Shown here: one piece after another, positions 13,701-24,747 of the stretch | Numbering within the stretch: the first letter of the stretch is position 1 | Layout: each line of letters opens with the position of its first letter | Assembly (NCBI GenBank): GCA_002269645.1 | Contig: NIVC01000896.1 | Span: 248,001-312,000, forward strand | Source of the DNA: Macrostomum lignano | Lineage: Eukaryota | Direction: 5' to 3' | Length of the DNA stretch: 64,000 nt | Translations under genes and position numbers: made by a program | The notes under the pieces: model-generated | Told to the model about the DNA's origin: nothing | The model's database searches: none | Seen by the model: the letters and a program-made list of their open reading frames with translations, nothing else

Positions 13701-14813
13701 GAGGCCATACAAGTCTGGAGTGGCCCGGCCCTCTCCTCCAGCGCAGACTGAGCGTTCCAGCTCAGCAACAGCGTCCGACAGTTCGCTGGAACTGATCGAC
13801 ATCTCGTCGGCATTGTTTAAAGCATCATCAAGATCGCTGCAGTCGATGTGCAAGGAATTGCTGTTATCATCGTCGGAAGCATCGCAAGTTAGAAAACTAT
13901 GACTACTACTAGTAGTGTTGGAGTTCTTAACAGTAGTAGCGGATGCAGATGATGCCGGTGTAACAGATCTGGATGAAGCTGTCTGCCCGATTGTTGGCCT
14001 GGACAGCAATCTACGTCCAGTGGACGCTGACGAGGATGCCGCCTGAGAATTAGTCGAAGAAGAAGACTGCGGAGTCGTCGGCGGTTTCTTTGAAGCTGTA
14101 CGGGATTTCGCGGCCGGCGATGCAGATGGCGCTGGGATGCCGCTACTGTTTGCGACAGATTTAGTCGGTTTAGGAAGCTGAGTAGACTGAACAGTTGGCT
14201 GCTTCGGTTGCGCAGGAGGCTGCTCCGATCGAGCTCGTTGATGCCGCTGCGGCTGAGGCAGCGAGCTGTGCGCAGAGGCGCCAGGCGAAGGCGTTGCTGC
14301 AACCACAGCGGCTGCTGAGCCTCGCCTGCCCTGGGGCTGAGGAATTCCCGACGAAGCGGCTGACTTGCCGCTGCTAGTTGGTATGCCAGACGATGAAGTG
14401 CCGGAAGATGCTGTTGAGTGACCGGTAGGCATAGCGTGACGACCGGATGTCAGTCTGGACGGGGCCAAAGGCGGCGCCGGGCTGGTATTTCTGCTACCTG
14501 TGTTGCTATGGCAACGCTGCTGCTGCTGCTGCTGCTGCCGAGAACGCAGACCGTATCGAGGAGAAAATGGCAAAGTACCTGCTGTTGCTACTGCTGATGT
14601 TGCAGAAGAAGGATCTGGATGATGCGGCTGCTGCGGAGGCTGTGGTATAGCCGAGTGGGAACGATGCTTGCCACTGGCACCGCTGGGTATAGCAGTGGCG
14701 CTTGAGCTGCGATGCTCGCGAGTTGATGGCTTCACATATACAATGCCAAACTGATTGTATTGTTGCTGTTGCTGGGCCTGATGACCCTGCGGCGGTTTAA
14801 GGCTTCGCTGCAT
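10718..14813 (-). CDS. NAV: Neuron navigator / unc-53-like protein; exons 14813-12535 and 12218-10718 (1259 aa from this ATG)
   Basis: Coiled coil LRAELEQAQQRIASLAGQL..AFEQSL..AERKDTEL and AAA region LVPKPTLQRYIGLLKEHRRIALCGPAGVGKS match the NAV family. Donor CAAGG|GTAAGA and acceptor TTTCCCCCGCAG|GTTC join the two ORFs in frame (phase 2; total 3780 nt). Confidence 0.92.
12270..12525 (+). mobile_element. tRNA-derived SINE filling most of the NAV intron
   Basis: tRNA-Asp-like head (AGTGATAAGCACGCCTGACTATCAC; B-box GGTTCGACTCC at 12319-12329), followed by a core shared with the 47.4 kb SINE (GCCATTGTACACC..TGAGTGTGTGCCT..GCGCTTG..CTCAGG..GCGGAA). Confidence 0.6.
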
Positions 14814-17744
14814 TACTAAATATATCTATTTCAATAGGCAGTCTAAACAGTTGTCTCTGTTGGACGATGAATCTCTTCACCCAGCAGTGCAACTTCCGTC
14901 AGAGAATAGCTCAGCGTACGAAGACTGTTGATTTAATTTCTATCTTTATCTTTAGATTGTTTATTAAAACTAAACACACGGTGCAAAGTAGAACGCCAGT
15001 TGGATAAGACATCGGCTTAGTATTAAACGTGATGCCTACCGATTCAATGCGCAGTGCACACTAACAAGTCTAGTTGCCATCAGTCTTCGGAAACGAGCAG
15101 ACTTATTCAAAATTGATATTCTTAACAGCAAGCAGTCAGGCAGAGATAGACGACTGAAAGTTACAGATTGACAGTGAATTGTTAGGACTAGGAATAACTA
15201 CAAATTAGATCCTAAGAAAGCGTTGCATTGCAGCTTTTTATTATTTGGCTGCTAATCTACGCTTGACAACCGACCCCACTCGCTGCTTTATAGCTATCCA
15301 CTAGGCTTGGCTCCCCCCCTCCCAACCCAGCTATCTGTGCAGTTTCCGAATTGGTCGGCTTTAAAAAAGCTATTTTTAGCTAAAAGCAAAAGTATGCACG
15401 CGTACATACAGTATATATAGAACCGATGCTAAAAATTAAAGCATGACTATGAAGCCAGATGTAAAAGGCCAGGGGACTGGCGACGGAGATCCAAAACTAC
15501 CTGGAGTTATTGCACTTTTTGATCATATTCAGATAGATTTAGATCCATATTGCTACTGTTGGTTAACCGGAATTATGAAAAACCTCGTTTTATTTTAAAG
15601 TAAAAAAACGAACTTTTTATGGGCGATTTGGAGGGAAGATTTGTCAATCCAGGTTTTGGATTTAGACCTTCTTGATTTAGGCTAGGAAGGAACAAGAGGC
15701 GGCCGCCATTCCACATTCGTTTTATTTTTTTCTCTCCGATGTCAAGCCCAGTTTGACCGTTCCTTTCTCTCCCGCTATGCACCAAGCACTCCACCACTGT
15801 CTTACCACTGCTTGGATTGAGGATAACTTCACCTCCCCTGTCTCTAAGCATCTAATCTATCCCAAAAATGACCAACTGCTAGGGCCGTCATCCTTCAGGC
15901 CTTTTTTCTAACTCGCTTCTTTTATCTGTCTCTGGCTCGCCAAAGACACACCTGTACTGTGCAGAACTGTTACCTTATATCTGTGCAAAAGGAACCGGGT
16001 ATCAGTCCGAAATTAGTCACGAACATACTGATTCGCACGGTTTTTTTTTCATTTAGGAGGAAAAATTGTCTTTTTGTATCATACCTTTTGAACGACTATA
16101 AGTAAAGTGTATAACTAAGAGCAAAGTACATTAAACCCCATATCACCACATATCTTTTAAAGTGAAAATGTCAAAAAATGCTGCCATGTTGACTAACTTA
16201 CCATAACAGCAAGCATGGAATAAAGTACAACGAATATAGTACATCATTATAATACATAACAAATGATCACTGATGCACACTATGTCACCTGGTGCTTGGT
16301 ATGATATAATTTGAAAAATAAACAATATACATTTAGCATCATGAGCCTATCAGAAAAAAATACTAAAATATATGCATAACCTCTGAACTTGTAACACTGG
16401 TTATGCTACTAGGTTTTGACTGAAAATACAACTTAGTTTTGTAACTTATCCAAAAGCAAAGGATGAGGTTTAGCTACTCATAAAATATTGTTTAGAAAGT
16501 TGTCTATTTTGCCACTTACATTTGGCCTACCACAGTTTACACTGGCCAAATCAGCTGTGTTAGACAGCAATTGCACAGGTAGTGCATATAACAACTATCA
16601 AGTAAACATTAAACATATTAATAGGAAATTAAAATTACAATTGCTTGCATGTAAGCCCTCCACCTCCCTTGTGTGCTCTCTTGCATCAATTCTCTACCCT
16701 TTCTTACATGCTGATTGGCTCTGCCATGGCATTCTGGCTAAGGCAGCAGTGCATTTGATTTGCATTCCACTCTCTCCCAGTCTGTTTATCACCTTAGAGT
16801 TGGTATTTTTTCATCCTTGCATCTATACCAGGGTATAGCTAACATAACTAACATAAATAAACTAGAACAGTCATAGTAGACATCTAGGCCTATGGCTTGA
16901 AAGTGAGTAAGATATCTGAGCAATGATAGCAATGATCCTCAAGTTCAGTAATACCCACATAAATGTGCAAGTTCTTTGGGGTCTGGAGTCGGCATTCTAT
17001 TACCCAGGCCTGTGCCTTCACCATGACCCTAGTTACTAACGTTCAGTCTATGTGTGCAACATGCCTCAGGATTGGTAAGTAGCAAGACTGGAGTGTTGAC
17101 CCTCCCTGCTTATACTGAGCATGATGTTAGACCACCTGGTCTGTCTGTTAAAATTGTCTGTCTGTATGTTTGTTAAAATTGGGGCTATTGGAGCAAATCT
17201 AAAATATATACATAGCCTTTAAAGTAGACATATAGACACATCTTTGATTTCAAGCAGAAAGCTATATTTATGTCCCTACCTCAAGTATGCTGCACTTATA
17301 TGGATGACTCTTATCTGCAACTTGAATTGGCAATGTCTGCAGGTAGATAAGAACAATGTCATTTGAACTATTATTGGCAATATATCCATTGCTTTGGAGG
17401 TCAACCTCTATTAGTATTATCATGAGATTTGGCTACTCAATAAAAATAGCATTGTATATCTATTTATTGTCAATCTCCCTATGTTGCCTCAAGGACATTG
17501 TCTTTACTATATATTGTCAAAATCCACACCTTGGCTCATTAACACAACCTGGCCCAATACACATATGTTGAACTACTCAACAAAGTTGTTGGAGTTCAAC
17601 TAGACATCAATGAGTACAAAACTAAGCTCCCTAGGAGCATGCACACTCAGCTTGCTTAGCTGAAGCATACATGCCCAACCTCAAAATTTCACCCATCCAG
17701 TGCAACTTAGTTTTGTCACAAATATTTTTTCACTATTCTGAATA

Positions 17745-18806
17745 ATGAAGAAACAAAGCAGAGTGTCATTTGGTTTTTGTGCAAGCAAGGGAAATGGCAA
17801 GCAGAAATTATTTATGAGGTACAAGCAACATATGGTAAAAGTGAACAATCAAAAATCACAGTTAACAAATGGGTGCAGTGCTTTGAAGATGGCTAGGAGA
17901 TGGTTTATGGCCTTTTGCAGAGCAGCTAGCCTGCCACCATGGTCAATATGAGCTTGTGTATTATGCTCTAGATGTTGAGTCAAGCCATAGTGCAAGAGTT
18001 GTCAACTAGTACTGGCATCTCATCAATGGCTATTCACTTAATCTTGACAGTTGCACTTGGTATATAACATGTCTTTGCTTATTGGGTCCCAAAACTTCTG
18101 ACTGACTAGCAATAGCAAGAGCAGGTCTAGGTGTGTCAGTAGCTTCTCTAGCCATATTGTAGTGATCCCAAATTTTTGGGCTATATTGTGACTAGGGATG
18201 AATCTTGGTTCTATTATAGTGAGCCAGGGTCCAAAATGCAGAGCAATGTGTAGAAGAAGGCCAGCCATGAGCCCACACCTATCAAGACCCTAACTGCACC
18301 TTTAGCTTAGAAGCAAATGGCCACTATCTTCTAGGACAAGAAGGGCATTCTGCTTATCAAATAGCATCCCTATGGTGCCAAAATCAATAGTGAATAATAT
18401 ATCTAAGTCTTGCAGAAGTTGCATGAAGCCATCAAGGCCCAATGATATGGCAAGCTAAGTTGTGGCATCTTGCTTCAGCATGACAATGTCTGCTACAATC
18501 GCGGCTATTTTGGAACTGGGCTTCCAGATGTTGCCACATAAAAGAAGATAAAAGATAAAAAGATAAAAAAACATACCTGAGATTGCTAGTAATGCTTTCT
18601 ACAGACCCTGGCATCAGCCATGGTCAAGGGGTTACCTGCTAATTTCTATGCTGCCAGTATAAAGAAGTTGGCTAAGAGGTGACATAAGTGCATAAGTCTC
18701 AAAAGTGCCTGCCCATGTTGAGAAGCAGGAAGAGTAACATTACATTTGTTTAATCCATTAATCTGTTAGACATGTTTGATTGTAGACTTTTCAAACAACA
18801 CTTGTA
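17745..18806 (+). pseudogene. Ancient, hypermutated mariner (DD34D-type) transposon remnant
   Basis: One reading frame gives WVPKLL, IVT(R)DESW, ATIF*D, LLQHDN and a C-terminal IKKLAKR*HKCIS..VEK. A right-TIR-like ACTTTTCAAACAACACTTGTA lies at 18786-18806. Many stop codons; deletion after HDN. Confidence 0.88.
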
Positions 18807-19529
18807 CATTTGGTTTGAGTACCCTAGCCAATTTAGTCTATTTAACCATGGCCAAAAAGAACATCCTCTAGTTTCTAAGATGTTTTTTTGTCTAAGATAT
18901 TAGAAAAATATAACTTGCAATAGCACCTCGGCTCTAATAATATAATAATATGAGAAATAAACATTGGGGCAAAGCTCAACTATTTGATTTTCTTTAGGTT
19001 TCCTAATTGTATAATCAAAACCCAAGGCCAAGTATTCATTTAGACCAGAGTTCACCATCTTGTCCCCAAATGATTATGCAGAGCTAATCTTGTGTCTGGG
19101 CTCTGACTTTTTGGACATTACCTATCTGACAAATGAGTAAGAACAATCTATAGGCCTAATAGTCATATGCTTCAATGTTGTCTTGTCCACTTTGAACAAT
19201 AAGTCTAATGGATATTATAAATGAGTAAGCTGCCATGTCCATCTGTCTATTCTAATCTATCTGTCTGCCTACCTACCCTAGGTGCTCAGTGAACTACCAG
19301 AATAGTACCATAGTAGAGCAATTTTGCCTGCCCTTGAAAGCAAAACCACAGAGTCCATTGGAATGACTAAAAGACTAAGCATTGTGGCTAATGATTTCAA
19401 AAAGTTCTGTGTTAATCTTGAATTGCCCCTATAACTCTTTAGAAGAATTTCCCCCAAATTGTAGAATAGCCCCTAGAATTTTTTAGAAGAATAGTAGGGA
19501 TACTTATATTAGAGATCTTTAATAGAGAC

Positions 19530-19790
19530 TCCTTGCTATCTGTGGAATGCTTGCTATCTAGGAGAAGATATTTGCTATTATGGGATGCTTGCTATTGGGA
19601 GATACTTGCTATCTTTAGGATACTTCCTATTCGGAAAAGGTGCTTTTGGTCTTAATGTTTTCTATTTAAGGAGAATGCCTATTGTCTTTGTGAAGGCTTT
19701 ATTTTATTGTCCTTTTATTTCTTGCATAAAAATAAATTCATAGCAAACATCTTTGTAACAATTTTACTTGAATAAAGTGATTTGCATTTT
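19530..19790 (-). repeat. Diverged copy of the repeat at 57240-57480
   Basis: The reverse complement shares TTATTCAAGTAAAATTGT, CAAAGATGTTTGCT.TGAAT, AAAATAAAGC.TTCACAAAGA and AGATAGCAAGCAT with 57240-57480. Confidence 0.7.
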
Positions 19791-20309
19791 TTGGAAAATA
19801 ACAAGGTCTATTTTTAGAGTTTAAACTTATCATATATATATTAAACTATCTAATTTTTTATAGGCCTAAAATTAAAAAAATGCAACAAAAAGACAATTGC
19901 AAACAAATGTATTCTTATAAATTGATTTGCCATGACTATCTAAATATGTATATTGATTTTTTTTTCAATTTTCATAGTAGCCAAATTACTAATGAGCCTA
20001 AAAAGCAAAGTATCCTCTTTTTACCCTATGTCACCTATGTTATATATCACCTATCAATTTGTTTGCCTTGGTAAGCAGGACCAATCATATATCAGTAAGA
20101 CTAATATATTTATATACATTTATTACATTTATACACTACAAAGCCAATTTCTCTATTGGAGAAGAAAAGGGATAGAACTCTATTTCTAGAATTCCATTCC
20201 TTAAAATATATTAGCTAAATCCTATGACCCAAATTCCATCTTCTAAATCCTTTGCAACACTTCTATAAAATCTAAAATACCATATCTTGTTTTCCCTGTT
20301 TGTAAAAAC

Positions 20310-20710
20310 TGACTGTCATTGTCTAGACTTGGACTTTCTCCTGTATTTTGTTTTATCTTTACTTTTTTATCTCTGACTCTTATCTATTATCTCTTTTTTT
20401 CCTTTCTTTTTTATTATTTTATCTCTTTTCTCTCTTCTCTCTTTTCTTTTATCTCTTTTTTCCTCTCTGCACTCTCATTTCTACTCTTCTTTCCTTTCTA
20501 TTTTTTGCTTTTTTGCTTTTATCTTTTCTTCTATCTTTTTGTTCTGTGTTCTCTTATTTCTTTTCTCTCTTATCTCTCCATTTTTCTTTTTATCTATTTT
20601 ATTTCTCATTTCTTATTTGTAATCTAACATTTCTTATTTATTCTATCTTTACTTCTTTTCTTCTCATTTGTATCATTTGTATTCTCTATATTTCTCCTTT
20701 CTTATATTTT
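20310..20710. repeat. C/T-rich low-complexity tract
   Basis: Almost purely pyrimidine on the plus strand; the overlapping F/L/S ORFs are compositional artefacts. Confidence 0.85.
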
Positions 20711-21219
20711 CTCTGCATAGGGCTCTACCACTATTGTTACAATACAGATCATACTCAAACTGCTAGCCTGGGAAGTCATCAAATATAATAAATTAGGTTT
20801 GGTTAGGAAGCAATAAAACCTACCAGAAAGAAAGAATAAGGCAAAAAATTGATAAGTGTCCAAGCTTGATATACTTCAATATAATTGGTAAATTTTTTTC
20901 ATTCTACATAAAAAATAAAACTGTTATAAATAAACTTTTACAGACAATATTATTATTTAATAGAATTTTAATTGCAAAAAGTACTAACTGCTTTTAACTT
21001 AAATGTAAAAATGATAACATGGAAAATCAAAAGCATATAATAACAAAATAATGGAATTAAAAAGTTTAAAAAAATGGCTAGGAAAATTTTCTTTTATATT
21101 TTATGCATTAGCAGAACTTGACAAAACTTTCTAATACTAGATTGATTCTAATTTCATGACATAGAAAAATTATTTTTATAATAATTATAATAAAACTAAC
21201 ATTAACTGTACTAAAAATA

Positions 21220-22980
21220 CAAGGGATGTTCCATAAGTACTTATACTTTTGCATGCTGCTCAGGAACTACGCAACCAATCATTGTAAGTTTTATGTCGCT
21301 GGAAAGCGGCTTTACTCATCTTTAATCTGTCGCCAAAATCATTTCGTTCTGTCAACTATGTCAAAAGTTACAACAAAAAACGTAGTCAAAGGTCACCCAT
21401 AGACTTACAAGAAATTTTCAAAATCAAAACTTCAAAGTTCAGCACGCAGAGTTATTTCGGATTCTACATAATGCATTCTTTTTTGCTTCATAAGCGAATG
21501 CCACACCCTTTTCATCTATGGAAAATACTGGCCTAAGCTTTCACAGCATCTTAATCTTAAGATCACAGCATCTTAATCTTGTAAAGTTTCACCACCTTGG
21601 CTGCTGCTGCATCACCATGGATGTGAACTCAAGGGAAGGACAGCGCGCTGCAATTTTTACCCTCTGGAAACTCGGAAAAAAGCGATCAGAGATTTATGCG
21701 GATTTATGCAACATTCATGGAGCTAATGCGATGAGCAGGATGACCGTCTACAACTGGGTTGAGCAGTTCGAAGCAGGAAGGACCAATGTTGCTGATTTGC
21801 CGAGGTCGGGCCGCCCCTGCACATCAGGCTCTGATGCTCTCACCGATCGAATTCTTGATCTGCTGGACGAAGATTGTCGGCTAACGATTCGACAGATTGC
21901 AGATAGACTGGACACGCCGAGCACAACTGTGCATCGCTGCTTGTCGCGCATGGACTTTGTCAAGCTGACTGCTCGTTGGGTGCCACGCCTACTCACCTCG
22001 GACTTGAGACTGCAGAGGCAGCAGATTTGTCAGGCCAATATTCGGATGATGGAAGAATACGGTGGTTGGGATCTCTTCCATCGAATGATAGTCACTGGAG
22101 ATGAAACCTGGATTCCCCATTTTGATCCACCAACGAAACGTGATTCCCAGGTCTGGATGCTGAAGGGCTCTGATCCTCCGGTAAAAGCTCAAAGGGACGC
22201 ACATGGAAAGAAGATCATGCTGTCTCTGTTTTTCGACTGCAATGGTCCTCTAACTGTCGAGTTTTTGGAGCCAAACACTACAATAAACTCTGAGCGCTAC
22301 GTTGAAACGCTAACAAAGCTGCATCATGACATCCAGAACAAGCGTCGTGAAAATCCCAGACCTTTCATTCTTCATCATGACAATGCAAGGCCTCATACAG
22401 CACAAAAGACAGTCGAGGCAATCAGCAAGCTGAAGCTCCATCTTCTACCTCACCCTCCTTACTCTCCAGACCTGGCACCAGCAGACTTTGCTTTATTTCC
22501 AGAGTTGAAGCGCCATCTGAAAGGACGCGTGTACGAGACCAGGAACCAGATCGAGGAGGAAGTCCGCAGAATTCTGCTGTATGTCATCCCCCGACAGCTG
22601 TACGCAGAAGCCATCAAAAGCATGTTTAAAGTTTAACAGGTGGACCAAGTGCATCAACTCCGGTGGAAACTACGTTGAGAAGGTGTCGGTACCGACTGAG
22701 GATGAGTGACAAAGAAGTCAAACTTTCTGTCATCAACAACGCGCCTCTGTTTTCATGCTTGCCATTGTAGTTGTTGCTCTTTAAATTTCTTGTAAGTCTA
22801 TGGGTGACCTTTGACTACGTTTTTTGTTGTAACTTTTGACATAGTTGACAGAACGAAATGATTTTGGCGACAGATTAAAGATGAGTAAAGCCGCTTTCCA
22901 GCGACATAAAACTTACAATGATTGGTTGCATAGTTCCTGAGCAGCATGCAAAAGTATAAGTACTTATGGAACATCCCTCG
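21220..22980 (+). mobile_element. Young mariner DNA transposon with 198-bp TIRs and TA target-site duplication
   Basis: TIRs 21220-21417 and 22783-22980 are near-perfect inverse copies (visible differences at CpG positions), flanked by TA at 21218-19 and 22981-82. Confidence 0.96.
21617..22709 (+). CDS. Mariner DD34D transposase; C-terminus frameshifted by a 7-bp duplication (GTTTAAA) at ~22624
   Basis: WVPRLL, IVTGDETW, HHDNARPH...YSPDLAPAD (34 residues between the 2nd and 3rd Asp). The expected end RWTKCINSGGNYVEK lies in another frame right after the premature stop at 22636. Confidence 0.93.
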
Positions 22981-23037
22981 TAATTGAGTTATATGCATTA
23001 GAAAATAAACATTATCATTTGTTCAATACATTAACAT

Positions 23038-23455
23038 TAGAGGTCAAGTGGGATCCCCATCCAATCTCAAAATCTTAGGATCCTAAGAAAAATTGGATTT
23101 CCATGGGACCAGAATCTCAACCCTAAAAAACATGAGAAGCAGGAATAGGTCTTTTGATTAAAAAGTTATAGAATTAGTAATTGCTTGACTTGAATATATT
23201 TTGTTTTACATTGTACTCATTACATTATTACTTTGTTGGTTACAAAACTTTGCATTAATTTTGTTGTTTTTTACTTTTTGATCTTGACATTTTTTGTTCA
23301 ATTTTGTTTTTACTTTATATGGACCTTTTAGCTACAATACACTAAAAGACCTGATCCCAATTCCCAAATCCCAATCCTAATCCCAATCCCAGGAAAAACG
23401 TTATTCCCAATCTTGATCCTGCTTGAAGATTTCAATCCTGTCTAGCCTCCATTTT
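23038..23455. mobile_element. Degenerate hAT-like non-autonomous element with ATCCC(G)-type subterminal repeats
   Basis: TAGAGGTCAAGTGGGATCCCC left end, AATCCCAATCC-type repeats at both ends, ...GTCTAGCCTCCA right end; CpG-depleted. Confidence 0.35.
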
Positions 23456-24747
23456 GGTAAATGATAATGTAAATGATGATAATTAAATGATACCATTTTA
23501 GAAGGGTGCTAGTAAACTTGTCAATTTTTTTCCTCAATTGGCTTTGCTGTGTAATAAATTTGTCAACTGGTAAATTCCTCAGCATAGTACACATGCACAG
23601 TATATGCAGCTAGTCTCAGTGTACAAATAAAACAGATTCATAAAAACAATGAACTGAGCCATGTCATTGTAATGCTGGTTTTTAGGCATAGGCTAGATAA
23701 GCAAATCATCTATCATTGGAATATGTTTTTGCTAGATTGACTGGATAAGAGACATGCAACAGCGCATTGTAGCACCTAGTAGTCTGCCATATATAATATG
23801 ATCAAATATGAGATATGATCAAATTAAAAACAATAAAACCAAGAATCTTCTATTTCAACAACTAGTAGCTAGGGGACCATATTTCTACATCTCTTTTGTT
23901 TGCATCACTTATTTCTGTATACTTTGTTATACTGCATATTAGTTATACATTATACAAACTGAGGTAAACTCATTAACACAATTGACAAATAAAAAGTTGA
24001 CAAGTTCACTCAGATCCTTTTAGAATAGGCCTAATATTCTATTTTGGAATATTATTAATACACTTTATCATGTTTAATACTAATAGGCCTAATCATTCAA
24101 ATATTGCTAGGCTTAAAAAAACTTTTAAAATCTTATTAGAATGCTAGACAGCCTAGTCATATCATTGATTTAATGATGGGAGACATTTTCAATATAAAAA
24201 ACAGAAGTGCTTATCCCCACGGTCCCATGTCAATAATTCTAATTTTATCTACACGGATCCATGTCAATAATTTCTAGCTTATTCCCATGGCAGCTTATTG
24301 AAATAGTTGCCACTATTCAAGTCTTATAGGCCATGTCAATAATTCCAATTTTATCACATGGATCCGTGTCAATAATTTTCAGCTTATCCCCATAGCTAGA
24401 TTGTGCAGTTGTTTGTGTTAAGTTTTGTGTACTGACATTAAATTGATATTGTCATTATTATCAATATTATTATTATTAGGCCTATTATTACATTTTGAAT
24501 TTTAAATTTTGCAAGTCTCATTTGCCTTACTCAATAGAGTATGTAATTTGGTCATTCTAAGCAAAGCTGGCAGCTAAGCAAATATTTAAAATTAACCCTT
24601 TAGTTTTAGTGCAGAAAAAGTTTTAACAAAGTACTTAATACTATTCAATATTCAGTATTTTATTTAAAAGATTTGTAAAACTATGAAAACAAATAGACAG
24701 TTTTATTCATTTTAAGGTTCTTTATTCCAATAGGCCCTAAGCTGTCG

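Noticed and set aside
15570-15990. Possible degraded coding remnant (recombinase-like?)
   Set aside because: No diagnostic motif could be assigned in any frame.
16880-17080. Exon-like segment with GTGAGT/GTAAGT donors in the CpG-poor domain
   Set aside because: Contains stops and has no recognisable homology.
20319-20788. Hydrophobic F/L/S-rich ORFs
   Set aside because: Artefacts of the C/T-rich low-complexity tract.
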